Position numbers and translations under genes: made by a program
Source of the DNA: Bacteroidetes bacterium CG18_big_fil_WC_8_21_14_2_50_41_14
GTDB taxonomy: Bacteria > Bacteroidota > Bacteroidia > Bacteroidales > F082
DNA: 64,000 bases
Direction of reading: 5' to 3'
Assembly: GCA_002771745.1 (NCBI GenBank)
Contig: PCUL01000203.1
Location: 405 to 64,404 of the forward strand
Shown here: piece after piece, positions 48,623 to 59,359 of the stretch
Layout of the letters: each line of letters begins with the position of its first letter
How positions within the stretch are numbered: the first letter of the stretch is position 1
Notes under the pieces: generated by a model
Told to the model about the DNA's origin: nothing
Seen by the model: the letters and a program-made list of their open reading frames with translations, nothing else
The model's database searches: none

Positions 48623-49813
48623 CTACTTCAACACGTTTAGTTCTTTTCCAACTTTGGTAAAGGCGGCGATGGCTTTATCCAGGTCTTCGCGTTTGTGTGC
48701 CGCCGATAATTGCACCCTGATGCGAGCGCCTCCTTTTGGCACCACCGGAAAGTAAAACCCAATCACGTAAATACCTTCCTTCAACAGTTTGGTGGCCATT
48801 TCCTGCGAAAGTTTTGCATCGTATAACATCACGGCACAAATAGCCGACTGGGTAGGTTTTATATCAAACCCAACAGCCAACATTTTCTCCATGAAGTATT
48901 TTGTATTTTCATGGAGGCGGTCCTGAAGTTCGTTGGTATCGCTCATCATCTCAAGCATCCTGATTCCCGCACTCACCACCATGGGAGGAAGTGAATTGGA
49001 AAATAAATAAGGACGCGAACGCTGCCGTAACAATTCTATGATTTCTTTTCTTCCGGTGGTAAAACCTCCTATTGCCCCACCAAAGGCTTTTCCCAGAGTG
49101 CCTGTGATGATGTCGATCTTACCAAAAATGTTAAAATGTTCGCTTACCCCACGTCCGGTTTTTCCAACAACACCGGCCGAATGGCTTTCATCCACCATGA
49201 CCATGGCGTTGTATTTTTCGGCCAGGGCAACAATTTTATCCACGGGAGCCGTGTTGCCGTCCATGGAGAAAACCCCATCGGTGACAATCAGCCTGAAACG
49301 CTGGGCCTGTGCTTTTATCAACTCTTCCTCCAAAGCGGCCATGTCGGCATTGGGATAACGGTAGCGCTGTGCTTTGCAGAGGCGCACTCCATCGATGATG
49401 GAAGCATGGTTCAGGCTGTCGGAGATGATGGCATCTTCTTCGCCTAACAAAGGCTCAAACACGCCTCCATTGGCATCAAAGGCAGCAGCATACAGGATGG
49501 TGTCTTCCGTACCAAAGAAATTGGCTATTTTTTGTTCCAGTTCTTTGTGAATATCGGTAGTCCCACAGATAAAACGAACTGACGACATGCCGTATCCATG
49601 GCTGTCGAGTCCTTCTTTGGCAGCAGCAATAAGCTCGGGGTGATTGGACAATCCCAAATAATTGTTGGCGCAAAAGTTGAGTACTTTCTGGCCCGAATCG
49701 AGTTCTATTTCAGCACCTTGCGGGCTAACAATGATGCGTTCGTTTTTATATAAACCGGCTTCTTTGATCTCTGCAAGCTCTTTTGATAAATGTGTTTTAA
49801 AATCTCCGTACAT
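48623..49813 (-). CDS. kbl: Glycine C-acetyltransferase (2-amino-3-ketobutyrate CoA ligase)
   Basis: Near-colinear with E. coli Kbl as I remember it (NFCANNYLGL, SVRFICGT, DSLNHASIIDGVRLCKA, TGTLGKA). Start at MYGDFKTHL. Confidence 0.9.
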   Translation of the reverse strand: MYGDFKTHLSKELAEIKEAGLYKNERIIVSPQGAEIELDSGQKVLNFCANNYLGLSNHPELIAAAKEGLDSHGYGMSSVRFICGTTDIHKELEQKIANFFGTEDTILYAAAFDANGGVFEPLLGEEDAIISDSLNHASIIDGVRLCKAQRYRYPNADMAALEEELIKAQAQRFRLIVTDGVFSMDGNTAPVDKIVALAEKYNAMVMVDESHSAGVVGKTGRGVSEHFNIFGKIDIITGTLGKAFGGAIGGFTTGRKEIIELLRQRSRPYLFSNSLPPMVVSAGIRMLEMMSDTNELQDRLHENTKYFMEKMLAVGFDIKPTQSAICAVMLYDAKLSQEMATKLLKEGIYVIGFYFPVVPKGGARIRVQLSAAHKREDLDKAIAAFTKVGKELNVLK

Positions 49814-49964
49814 GATGATGTGGTTTAAAAATTGTAATGGATATAAAGTATCAAAAATAAGCAAACATATCGTTCAAAAAATGATCAAATTACAATTTAG
49901 ACACGTTATCGTTTTTATCTGAAAGAGAAATTTTCCTGATCTTTGCAGCCTAAAATCACATTGA

Positions 49965-51035
49965 ATGAAAATTGCTTCACTGGTCTCTGGTGGCGTTGAT
50001 AGTTCTGTTACCATTCCTTTGTTAAAAGACCAGGGCTACGACCCGCACATTTTTTACATTAAAATTGGAATGGAGGACCAGTCTGCCTTCATGGATTGTC
50101 CATCGGAAGAAGATATTGAAATCACCACCTGGATCGCGAAAAAATATGGCTGTCGTTTTACGGTAGTCGATTTGCAGGAAGAATATTGGGCAACCGTTGT
50201 GAAATACACCATTGATCAAGTCAGGATGGGGTTAACACCCAACCCCGACATCATGTGCAATTTGCTGATAAAATTTGGCGCGTTTAATCTTAGGTTTGGC
50301 AAGGAGTTCGATATCATCACCACAGGGCATTATGCCAACACCTATCAAACAGACGAAGGCACTTTTTTGTCCACCGCCAACGACCGGGTAAAAGATCAAA
50401 CCTATTTCCTGGGGCAAATAAATTACGACCAGGTTAAAAAGGTGATGTTTCCAATCGGACACCTGAATAAATCGGAAGTGCGTCAACTGGCGGTCGACAT
50501 GAAACTCCCGAGTGCCAACCGTCCTGACAGCCAGGGAATCTGCTTCCTTGGAAAAATTAATTACAATGATTTCATCAAGCAACATCTGGGCGAGATGCCG
50601 GGTGCCATTGTTGAGTTGGAAACCGGAAAAATGCTGGGTGAGCACAATGGATTTTGGTTTCACACCATCGGACAGAGGCGTGGATTGGGTTTGAGTGGAG
50701 GCCCCTGGTTTGTCGTGAGAAAAGACATTGAAAATAATATCATCTATGTTTCAAACGGATACGACCCCATTGCTCAATATGGAAATGAAATTAATTTAGG
50801 ACCGCTTCATTTTATCAATCCAAAAAGCGATAATCCAGGATTGAGCCAAATAAAATTTAAGATAAGACACCAACCTGAATTTAACTCGGGAATCCTGGTT
50901 CGAGATGAAGCTCGCAATCAAATTATTTCTGATGTTCAGATTTCTGGAATCGCTCCCGGACAGTTTGCCGTAATATACGACGAAGCCGAAAGAACCTGTC
51001 TGGGAAGTGCCGTCATACAAGGAGGAAATGCTTGA
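49965..51035 (+). CDS. mnmA: tRNA 2-thiouridine(34) synthase
   Basis: PP-loop SGGVDSSV, KDQTYFL, DSQGICFLG motifs. Confidence 0.93.
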   Translation: MKIASLVSGGVDSSVTIPLLKDQGYDPHIFYIKIGMEDQSAFMDCPSEEDIEITTWIAKKYGCRFTVVDLQEEYWATVVKYTIDQVRMGLTPNPDIMCNLLIKFGAFNLRFGKEFDIITTGHYANTYQTDEGTFLSTANDRVKDQTYFLGQINYDQVKKVMFPIGHLNKSEVRQLAVDMKLPSANRPDSQGICFLGKINYNDFIKQHLGEMPGAIVELETGKMLGEHNGFWFHTIGQRRGLGLSGGPWFVVRKDIENNIIYVSNGYDPIAQYGNEINLGPLHFINPKSDNPGLSQIKFKIRHQPEFNSGILVRDEARNQIISDVQISGIAPGQFAVIYDEAERTCLGSAVIQGGNA

Positions 51036-51058
51036 CCCGTGTATTTTATGACATCTCT

Positions 51059-52024
51059 TTATTGCACGTTCACTTTCTTCAGGTATTTTTTTACATAGTC
51101 TTCAACACCATCTTCTAGCGAGGTAAAAGGCTCAGCATAACCGGCTTTCAAAAGCTTACTCATGTTGGCTTCTGTAAAATACTGGTATTTATCGCGAATG
51201 TCAGCGGGAGTATCAATAAACTCGATAACAGGTTCTTTGTCCATGGCATTAAATGTGGCCAAAACCAAATCGCGAAACGATCGTGCTTTGCCGGTTCCCA
51301 GATTATACAGCCCACTTTGTGGTTGTTTTCTGAAAAGAAACATCACCACATCGACTAAATCTTTCACATAAATGAAATCGCGCAACTGCTCCCCGTCCTT
51401 AAATTCCGGATTATGCGACCGGAACAACTTCATTTTACCTGTTTTCAGGATTTGATGATAAGCGTGAAAAATCACCGAAGCCATCCGACCTTTGTGGCTT
51501 TCGTTGGGGCCATACACGTTGAAAAATTTCAAACCGGCCCAAAACGGAGGAAACCGTTTTTCCTTTAAGACCCATTTATCAAAATTGTTTTTCGACTCAC
51601 CGTAAGGGTTCAGGGGTTGCAGCTTACTTACAATGGCATGCTCGTCTTTAAACCCAAACTCACCCATTCCATAAGTAGCGGCTGAGGAAGCATAAATGAG
51701 CGGAATGCCATGCAAGGTACACCGTTTAAAAATTTCCTTAGAATATTTTACATTCAGTTCATCAAAAATTTTCTGGTTAAACTCAGCGGTGTCGGTTCGG
51801 GCTCCGATATGAAAAACAAAATCAACGTTGAAATAATAATCGTCAAACCAACTAAAAAACTCAGTCCTTTCCACTTTTTTGATATACTTCCGGCGGGCGA
51901 GATTTTTTTCTTTGTTTATTTTGGAGAAATCATCAACTAAAATCAGGTTTTCGTATCCCAGGCTATTGAGTTTAGCCACCAAAATGCTGCCAATAAAACC
52001 GGCAGCTCCTGTAACAACAATCAT
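51059..52024 (-). CDS. hldD: ADP-glyceromanno-heptose 6-epimerase
   Basis: MIVVTGAAGFIGS, YASSAATYG, FNVYGPNESHKGRMASV, closely parallel to RfaD/HldD. Start at the ATG at 52024. Confidence 0.85.
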   Translation of the reverse strand: MIVVTGAAGFIGSILVAKLNSLGYENLILVDDFSKINKEKNLARRKYIKKVERTEFFSWFDDYYFNVDFVFHIGARTDTAEFNQKIFDELNVKYSKEIFKRCTLHGIPLIYASSAATYGMGEFGFKDEHAIVSKLQPLNPYGESKNNFDKWVLKEKRFPPFWAGLKFFNVYGPNESHKGRMASVIFHAYHQILKTGKMKLFRSHNPEFKDGEQLRDFIYVKDLVDVVMFLFRKQPQSGLYNLGTGKARSFRDLVLATFNAMDKEPVIEFIDTPADIRDKYQYFTEANMSKLLKAGYAEPFTSLEDGVEDYVKKYLKKVNVQ

Positions 52025-52162
52025 GGAATTTATTTTTGCCAAAAATAGGCTAAATACCACCCGCATGTCAAGTGAAATGTAAAATGAATGCAATACGGTG
52101 TTTATTAGTCAACAACGTGATGATTTTATATCATCACTCTGTTTTTAGGTGTAATAAATGGC

Positions 52163-52170
52163 TACTTTTG
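52163..52170 (+). promoter_or_regulatory. -7 promoter box TACTTTTG
   Basis: Exact TAnnTTTG 50 nt upstream of the ATG at 52221. Confidence 0.4.
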
Positions 52171-52220
52171 TAAGGCAATTGGGCTAAACCACTTGGGGAA
52201 ATTCAAAATTTACAGATAAA

Positions 52221-54083
52221 ATGCTGACTGGAAAAACAAAATACTTCACCTGTTTCCTGCTACTAGTACTTACACCTGTTTTTACTGCGGCACAAAACAG
52301 ACCGAATGGAACACCCGTTTCGTTTAATGAAAAAAGCCTGTTTGACCCACCTATCATTCATATAAAAAACACCATAAATATAGCGAAACCAAGGAATGAA
52401 AAAGAACCCATGCAAGCTGGTTATACGCTGGATGTAAGTCAATACAACTTAAATAAAGCAGGCATCTGGGACAGCATTTCGACTTCTTCTTTTATTTGGC
52501 GCCTTACCTATCATGTAGCGGATGCTTTTGCGTTGAACCTTTATTTGAGCCATTTTAATCTACAATCAGGAGATAGGCTTTTTATTTACGGCCCTAATAA
52601 ATCCCACCCCAGGGGAGCCTTCACCTCGCTAAACAATGCAGAATACTTGTGCACCGATTTTGTTGAAGGTGATGATATCACCATTGAATTGAATACATGC
52701 AAAAAAAAGAACTCATTACCCTTTGAAACTGCTGAAATCGGATTGAAACTACCCACACAAGATGAAAAAGATTTTGGTGGTGCAGGCATTTGTGAGGTAC
52801 AAGTAAACTGTGCAGAAGGTGATGACTGGCAACAACAAAAAAAAGGGGTGTCCAGGATTCTGGTCAAGCAGGGAAGCCAGACTTTTTGGTGTACCGGTAC
52901 ACTAATCAACAACACCCGCCTTGATGGTACTGCTTATTTTTTAACTGCTAACCATTGTGGAGAAACAGCCACGATTATTGATTATTCCAATTGGTTGTTC
53001 TTTTTTAATTATGAAGCTGCAGGCTGTGAGAAACTTGTAATTGAACCTGAAGCTCAAACGATCAGCGGATCGAAATTGTTAGCAAACAGTGTTTCTGGAA
53101 CCAGTGCTGGATCGGATTTTAAGCTTCTCTTACTAAACCAAAATGTGCCCATCGACAATCCTTATTATAACGGATGGAACCGATCTGGAGATGTTTCCTT
53201 GTCAGGTGTGTCCATTCACCATCCTCAAGGCGATGTAAAAATGATTTCTACCTTCACCGCGCCGCTGGTTTCATCCTATTACAATTCTGTTTCGGAGGAT
53301 CCTGAAGGAAAATATTGGCGGGTTTACTGGAGCGAAACCCAAAACGGTCATGGTGTGACTGAAGGAGGATCGTCGGGAAGTCCGATTTTTGACCAGAATG
53401 GATTGGTGGTCGGCAGCCTGACCGGAGGAGGTGCTTCCTGTACTTTTTTGGATGACGCCGATTATTATGGAAAATTAAGTGTTTCCTGGCAACCAACAAC
53501 GGTAAATGATAGCACCAGGGTATTGTCATACTGGCTCGATCCCGACCATACAGAGGTCCTTACATTACCAGGATCAGATCTGGACACCAACAAAATACTA
53601 GCCTTCTTTACTACCGAAACAACGACCATTCTAATGGGTGGGTCCATCACGTTTACAAACACGTCATTTGGCAACATTTCATCCTATGAATGGGAATTTC
53701 AAGGTGGTGAACCTGCCTACTCTGAGACGATGGATCCTGGCAACATTACCTATTCAAAAGCAGGAGATTACAATGTTACACTTCGGGCATTTTCGTCCTC
53801 CAATGCCGACACGCTGACGCGGGAAAAATACATCCATGTCATGCCAAATATTTCACCAAACCCCGGAAATGGATCTTTCAAACTTGCCTTTGGCCATCAA
53901 CTGCCCGAAAATATAGAGCTAGGTGTATTTGATGCGATGGGAAATAAAGTAAAATTTACCATTGCAGAACTCAGTACCAATTATCTGATCATCGATATGA
54001 GTACAAACCGATCAGGCATGTATTTTATCAGGTTTACCTCGTCAGACCAAAACAACAGTTATAAAGTATTTTTAATCAAATAG
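52221..54083 (+). CDS. Secreted trypsin-like (S1) serine endopeptidase with PKD domain and T9SS C-terminal sorting domain
   Basis: Signal peptide. His region TGTLINN...FLTANHC. Ser region GGSSGSPIF. PKD-like ITFTNTS...YEWEFQGG...AGDYNVTLRA. CTD: PNPGNGSFKL ... GMYFIRF. Confidence 0.8.
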   Translation: MLTGKTKYFTCFLLLVLTPVFTAAQNRPNGTPVSFNEKSLFDPPIIHIKNTINIAKPRNEKEPMQAGYTLDVSQYNLNKAGIWDSISTSSFIWRLTYHVADAFALNLYLSHFNLQSGDRLFIYGPNKSHPRGAFTSLNNAEYLCTDFVEGDDITIELNTCKKKNSLPFETAEIGLKLPTQDEKDFGGAGICEVQVNCAEGDDWQQQKKGVSRILVKQGSQTFWCTGTLINNTRLDGTAYFLTANHCGETATIIDYSNWLFFFNYEAAGCEKLVIEPEAQTISGSKLLANSVSGTSAGSDFKLLLLNQNVPIDNPYYNGWNRSGDVSLSGVSIHHPQGDVKMISTFTAPLVSSYYNSVSEDPEGKYWRVYWSETQNGHGVTEGGSSGSPIFDQNGLVVGSLTGGGASCTFLDDADYYGKLSVSWQPTTVNDSTRVLSYWLDPDHTEVLTLPGSDLDTNKILAFFTTETTTILMGGSITFTNTSFGNISSYEWEFQGGEPAYSETMDPGNITYSKAGDYNVTLRAFSSSNADTLTREKYIHVMPNISPNPGNGSFKLAFGHQLPENIELGVFDAMGNKVKFTIAELSTNYLIIDMSTNRSGMYFIRFTSSDQNNSYKVFLIK

Positions 54084-54100
54084 TTTACGAAGGATCCGGG

Positions 54101-55144
54101 TTAACCCAGCTCGTGATTGTAGGTATAACCAGTCCATTTCTCAATTACGTCCTGAAAATCAGCAGGAAATTCCGATTCGAAATACAAATGCTTTTTAGTC
54201 ATCGGGTGCTCAAAACCAAGTGATTTGGCGTGTAATGCCTGTCGTGGGATAATTTTAAAGCAATTGCTTACAAACTGCTTGTATTTGGTAAAGGTGGTTC
54301 CTTTAAGAACTGCATTGCCGCCATACATGGCATCATTAAACAGCGGGTGGCCCAAATAACGAAAATGAGCCCTGATTTGATGCGTTCGTCCTGTTTCCAG
54401 TTGGCAAGCTACCAGGGTAACGTAGCCAAAGCGCCTAAGTACTTTATAATGCGATATGGCTTCTTTTCCATACTCTCCATCAGGGAAAACTGTCATTACG
54501 CGACGGTCTTTCAAACTGCGGCCAATATGTCCCACAATGGTTCCTTCTTCGGCTTCTACATCTCCCCAAACCAGTGCATTGTATGTACGTTGGATACTAT
54601 GATCGAAAAACTGTTTGGCCAAACGTGTTTGCGCCTGTTCATTTTTCGCTACCAACAAGAGTCCTGAAGTGTCTTTATCGATTCGATGAACCAGATAGCC
54701 AAAGCCATTTTCTACCTTTTCAAGCTGATTGGTTTCTTTGAAATAATGAGCCAGCCCGTGAAGCAATGTTCCCGTGTAGTTGTTATAACCGGGATGCACC
54801 ACCACACCAGCGGGTTTGTTAACGACCAACACATCATCATCTTCATAAACAATGTCGAATGGGACTATTTCAGGGGAGATTTCCACATCGCGTGGAGGAT
54901 AGGTCATCACCACAGAAATTTCATCCCCAGGTTTAATCTTATAATTTGATTTTACGGGTTTGGTGTTAACAAGAATGTTTCCTGCTTTGGCAGCCTGTTG
55001 CACCTTGTTACGCGAAACATTCATAATCCTGTTAAACAGGAACTTATCAACACGTAGTGGTGTTTGTCCGGGATCAACAACAATATGGTGATGTTCGTAT
55101 AACTCCGAATTATCTTCTTCGATAAAATCGTCTAATTTTTCCAT
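54101..55144 (-). CDS. rluD: RluA-family 23S rRNA pseudouridine synthase (RluD-like)
   Basis: S4 domain followed by the HRIDKDTSGLL catalytic motif; GRTHQIRAH. Confidence 0.9.
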   Translation of the reverse strand: MEKLDDFIEEDNSELYEHHHIVVDPGQTPLRVDKFLFNRIMNVSRNKVQQAAKAGNILVNTKPVKSNYKIKPGDEISVVMTYPPRDVEISPEIVPFDIVYEDDDVLVVNKPAGVVVHPGYNNYTGTLLHGLAHYFKETNQLEKVENGFGYLVHRIDKDTSGLLLVAKNEQAQTRLAKQFFDHSIQRTYNALVWGDVEAEEGTIVGHIGRSLKDRRVMTVFPDGEYGKEAISHYKVLRRFGYVTLVACQLETGRTHQIRAHFRYLGHPLFNDAMYGGNAVLKGTTFTKYKQFVSNCFKIIPRQALHAKSLGFEHPMTKKHLYFESEFPADFQDVIEKWTGYTYNHELG

Positions 55145-55146
55145 AT

Positions 55147-57303
55147 TTACCTATTGATCAACAGCTTTGCAGTATAGTAGCGATTATTGCCCTGGATTTT
55201 GACAACATATAGTCCGGAAGGGAGCTTTTCAATATTAACCTGCTGCCCGATGCCTTTTTGTGTCATCACTTTTTTTCCAAGTAAATTAACTATATCGAGT
55301 TGAAGCTCAGAATTATTCACAAGGTCGGATTGTGCGATTGAAAACCAGGTGGAAGCAGGGTTTGGATATACCTTGATTTGAGTGATGGAAGAGGAGGAGG
55401 CTTCAGAAATACCCAACACAGATCGCGAGCCAACGATGGGCCGTATCAATAGTGCTCCTTCAAATTGGCTGGTTTCCCATTCACCTACTGAGTTACTAAA
55501 TATTTTATCACTCTTATCGTTATTCGAGTCGAAACCAATATTCAGAAAACTACTGGTATATTTTTCCCATCCCACATAAAAAGTACCTGAAACAATGATT
55601 GGATTTTCAAGCATATAGGGATAAAAATGATATAAACCATTTGCCCAGGCTACCTTTACATTTTCTTGCTCGTATATTACTTCACCCGGTTGTCCATTGT
55701 TATCGCTCCACACCTTTAACTTGAAGTAAATTTCGTTTACATCATTCAGTGTTTTGTTAAAATACATTTGAACACCCTGGAGTGTATCGGGCATAGAAAC
55801 AATAAACTGATAGGCCAAAGAACTTCCGGTTGGGCTCAGACCTAAACCCAGCTCTGGTGTGCCGTCATCATACGCATAATAATTATAAAAACCCTGGCGA
55901 TAAATGGCGGAGTCAACGATGGGGTTCTGATCAGACGAATCGCTGATGTAATGTTTTATTATATAGGAAGTGGTATCCAATTCATAATCGATGTTAAACA
56001 ATGCCTGTACAGGCGGGCAGGCATGAGCAGGGCAGGTCACACAGCTCTGAAGGCTATCTTCATAAGATGGGGACAGGTTGCAACTGCCACCATCGTAGCG
56101 ATAGCCATAGCTGCCATTCACCTGGTTTACATGGTATTCATAAGCCGTGTTGTGCGCAACGTTGTCCAGATTTGAAATGTACATTCTGAACTGCTGACTA
56201 ACCGAATTGGTAGGATCGTCCCTATATTGCCGGTAAGGCATCACCTGATAGTCGCGAAGAAACGAAGGCGCACGCTGTGAAAAAGCCAGGGCTCGGTAAG
56301 TGGTATCGGCTGCCGAACGGTTGTAATTGAGGTACACATAATCAACATTCCACTGATCCCCATTACTTTTCTCAAATGGGTACATATCGGTAGCTATCGA
56401 AATATAATTGAAAAATCTGAATTGAAAAGCAGGGTTGAACCAAGTGGTATCCAAAATAGGGATCATCACCTGAACGAAATTTTTACCATAGATTTGTTGA
56501 AATTCTGACAACTTCATCCCTTCCGACCACCAAACTTTTTCCCAACTGGTAACCGGTTCATAGACCGAATCGCATAGTATTGTAATTGAGTCGCCCCTGA
56601 CAATGGGTTCAGGATCGTAGTTGATCATATAAACCAATGGATTACATCCCAGAGAAACTGGTGCCCACAACGTATCGAACATGACAAAGGCTTCTTGTCC
56701 GCTTTCCATCAACAAATCGGCAATTACTTTAATTGAGTCCATGCGAACGAAAGCTGAATCGCCGGAAGGTATGCCCAACTCCAATACCAATGTATCCCAG
56801 GGCTCCGGATCGTTGCCTACACCTTGGGGCTGGTAATAAAAGCTCAGGTACACGGAATCGGCTGGAGATAAGGCTCGCTGTATTAATGTTACGCTATCGA
56901 GACGGATTGGCCGGGAGGTAAGTCTGTCGCCAACTGTAGGAGGAAACCAAACGGCATCTGTATACACAGCACCTAAGCTATCGATTGCATCAAAAGTAGC
57001 TGCACCTAGATTAGGAGGCAGGAATGGAAAATCCTTATTAATAAAAACAGATCTGCCTTCCCAGAGTTGAGTGTTGGGAACAATTGTAGAAACAGAAAAA
57101 TCATCAAAAAATGGAAGGCTCAGTGCAGGTTGAATAATTTCTTCGGATTTACAATTGCAAAAATCTGTTTCGGCATTCAGCTTATTTGCTTCCATCCGCA
57201 CGGCTTCATTGGTTTGCAATCCAACAAGAACCACTTGTGAATGAGCCTGGAAGCCAAAAAGCAGCAATGCTATCCATAGGATGTGTTTAATATTCATCTT
57301 CAA
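55147..57303 (-). CDS. Hypothetical T9SS cargo protein (C-terminal sorting domain)
   Basis: Signal peptide MKMNIKHILWIALLLFGFQAHSQ. CTD: KVYPNPASTWFSI ... SGLYVVKIQGNNRYYTAKLLINR. N-terminal 620 aa unrecognised. Confidence 0.65.
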   Translation of the reverse strand: MKMNIKHILWIALLLFGFQAHSQVVLVGLQTNEAVRMEANKLNAETDFCNCKSEEIIQPALSLPFFDDFSVSTIVPNTQLWEGRSVFINKDFPFLPPNLGAATFDAIDSLGAVYTDAVWFPPTVGDRLTSRPIRLDSVTLIQRALSPADSVYLSFYYQPQGVGNDPEPWDTLVLELGIPSGDSAFVRMDSIKVIADLLMESGQEAFVMFDTLWAPVSLGCNPLVYMINYDPEPIVRGDSITILCDSVYEPVTSWEKVWWSEGMKLSEFQQIYGKNFVQVMIPILDTTWFNPAFQFRFFNYISIATDMYPFEKSNGDQWNVDYVYLNYNRSAADTTYRALAFSQRAPSFLRDYQVMPYRQYRDDPTNSVSQQFRMYISNLDNVAHNTAYEYHVNQVNGSYGYRYDGGSCNLSPSYEDSLQSCVTCPAHACPPVQALFNIDYELDTTSYIIKHYISDSSDQNPIVDSAIYRQGFYNYYAYDDGTPELGLGLSPTGSSLAYQFIVSMPDTLQGVQMYFNKTLNDVNEIYFKLKVWSDNNGQPGEVIYEQENVKVAWANGLYHFYPYMLENPIIVSGTFYVGWEKYTSSFLNIGFDSNNDKSDKIFSNSVGEWETSQFEGALLIRPIVGSRSVLGISEASSSSITQIKVYPNPASTWFSIAQSDLVNNSELQLDIVNLLGKKVMTQKGIGQQVNIEKLPSGLYVVKIQGNNRYYTAKLLINR

Positions 57304-58144
57304 TCTGGTAGTTTTTATTAAAAACGGTGTCGCGAAGAAGCGAATCCACCTTAAATTGTCTCACATACTCATCAAAATTAACCAACTCATCAGAGCGATA
57401 CCACAAATTTACTTTCTCACCCAGGACAAGCAAACCTCTGCTAAGTACATCGGGTTCGGTTTTGTAAACCCTGGAATGTATGGGGTCAAATCCTTCTATA
57501 AAATATTCCTGACCAACATTTAACGAATGATAATGAAGTAAAGCAGCCGCCTGTTCGGTGGTAAGTCCGATCAAAAGTGGCATTGGCACCTGGGTGGTTG
57601 CCTCTCCTTTGCCAAGAACCAGGTTTATGATGGAACCTTTTGGAATCTCAGTATCAGGTTCAATGGGCTCTTCACCTAATAATTGATCGATAATGGCATT
57701 TTTGGCAAAATATTCAATATACTCTAACTCTCCAACCTCAAGGTCCTTTGATTCAAGCGTAACCAATGCCTGCCTCAAACTCAGGTTTTTCAGATTTGGC
57801 ATCAGGACCTTCTTTGGCAATTGAGCCACCACGGTTAAATAAATATGTCGACCCTGTTTTACCTTGGCACCGGGCAGGGGGTTTTGTAAAACAACAGATC
57901 CCTTTTTCCTGTTTTTAAAATAAACAGAATCGATAATTTTAAAAGAAAAATACTCGTAGTAACCTTGCCCTTCAATGTCGTTAAGCGACTGGCCTTCAAA
58001 ATCAGGAACCAGAAAAACCTGCCCATGCCGGGTGAAGGCATCCAGGGATTTAAGCACAATCCATAGCAAAATGAGACTGAGGCCAATAGCCAATAAAATA
58101 TGAAGATAAAATTTTCGTTTCCTTAAAAAATACCATGAACCCAT
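57287..58144 (-). CDS. PASTA-domain membrane protein
   Basis: N-terminal TM helix followed by three PASTA-like repeats (VPDFEGQSLNDI; MPNLKNLSLRQA; VPMPLLIGLTTEQA). Confidence 0.75.
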   Translation of the reverse strand: MGSWYFLRKRKFYLHILLAIGLSLILLWIVLKSLDAFTRHGQVFLVPDFEGQSLNDIEGQGYYEYFSFKIIDSVYFKNRKKGSVVLQNPLPGAKVKQGRHIYLTVVAQLPKKVLMPNLKNLSLRQALVTLESKDLEVGELEYIEYFAKNAIIDQLLGEEPIEPDTEIPKGSIINLVLGKGEATTQVPMPLLIGLTTEQAAALLHYHSLNVGQEYFIEGFDPIHSRVYKTEPDVLSRGLLVLGEKVNLWYRSDELVNFDEYVRQFKVDSLLRDTVFNKNYQIEDEY

Positions 58145-58319
58145 TCCAGAAAAAAATCAAATGAATTTGCTAACTTCCAACTACCCATAAACTTTGTTTA
58201 CAGGAATTTATTGTTAAAACGGCAAAGGTAACAATAATTGAGTTGAATTAAGTTGACCACTGCCGTGAGATTTGAAGATGAATCGTGGTGAATAAAACAC
58301 AACGAACTAAAAAAGCGTC

Positions 58320-58327
58320 TACCTTTG
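58320..58327 (+). promoter_or_regulatory. -7 promoter box TACCTTTG
   Basis: Exact TAnnTTTG 44 nt upstream of the ATG at 58372. It lies inside the longer track ORF, which argues for the shorter ddl start. Confidence 0.4.
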
Positions 58328-58371
58328 GGCTATCAATTGCTATTGATTTATTAACAAATAATCGGGTGGAA

Positions 58372-59349
58372 ATGAAAAATATTGCTATTGTATGTGGAGG
58401 TTATTCGGGTGAGTATGAAATATCTATCCAAAGTGCTCAGGTAGTTGCTGACAATCTCGATAAAAAACGGTTTAAAGGTTATCTGGTTGTGATTACCAGA
58501 GACCGCTGGTATTACAAAGATAAATCCGGGGAAACAGTTGAAATAGACCGCGGAGATTTTTCAATTTCCTTAATAGATGGTAAAAAAATCAGGTTTGATG
58601 GAATTTTTAATGCCATCCATGGCACTCCCGGAGAAGATGGCAAGTTACTTGGGTACTTCGACATGCTGGGGTTGCCTTATACATCCTGTAGCGCGGATGT
58701 CTCAGCACTCACATTCAACAAGTTTTTGTGCAATAAATTTGTGTCTTCTTATGGTATCACCCTTGCAAAATCTTTAACTTACGTAAAAGGCGATCCTATA
58801 CCCTATGCCGAAATAACCAAAAGCCTGGGTCTGCCACTATTCATAAAACCAGCCTGTAGCGGTTCAAGCGTGGGGATCACAAAGGTGAAAAACAGTTCAG
58901 AATTGCCCGGTGCAATTTCCATTGCCTTTAAAGAAGGCGACCGCGTTATTATTGAGGAATTTATTGATGGAAGGGAAATAGCCTGTGGATTGATTATGAA
59001 GAAGAAGGAGTTGATTGTTTTTCCATTGACCGAAATTATTAGCAAAAAAGAATTCTTCGATTATGAGGCCAAATATACCAAAGGGATGGCCGATGAAATA
59101 ACGCCTCCTGTGAACCTTCCATTACAAGCAGAACTCGACATTAAAGCTTTGTCGGCATTTTTGTACAGAGAGTTGAATTGCAAAGGTTTTGTCAGGATTG
59201 ACTATATTGTTTCGGCAAACGGAATCTATTTTATCGAAATCAATACCGTACCGGGCATCTCAAACGCGAGCATTCTTCCTCAGCAAGCCAATGCCATGGG
59301 AATGTCAATAGGCGAACTTTTCTCAACCGCTATTGAAGCAATGTTTTAG
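58372..59349 (+). CDS. ddl: D-alanine--D-alanine ligase
   Basis: MKNIAIVCGGYSGEYEIS start, FNAIHGTPGEDG, ATP-grasp core, EINTVPG. Confidence 0.93.
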   Translation: MKNIAIVCGGYSGEYEISIQSAQVVADNLDKKRFKGYLVVITRDRWYYKDKSGETVEIDRGDFSISLIDGKKIRFDGIFNAIHGTPGEDGKLLGYFDMLGLPYTSCSADVSALTFNKFLCNKFVSSYGITLAKSLTYVKGDPIPYAEITKSLGLPLFIKPACSGSSVGITKVKNSSELPGAISIAFKEGDRVIIEEFIDGREIACGLIMKKKELIVFPLTEIISKKEFFDYEAKYTKGMADEITPPVNLPLQAELDIKALSAFLYRELNCKGFVRIDYIVSANGIYFIEINTVPGISNASILPQQANAMGMSIGELFSTAIEAMF

Positions 59350-59359
59350 TGGATCGCAT

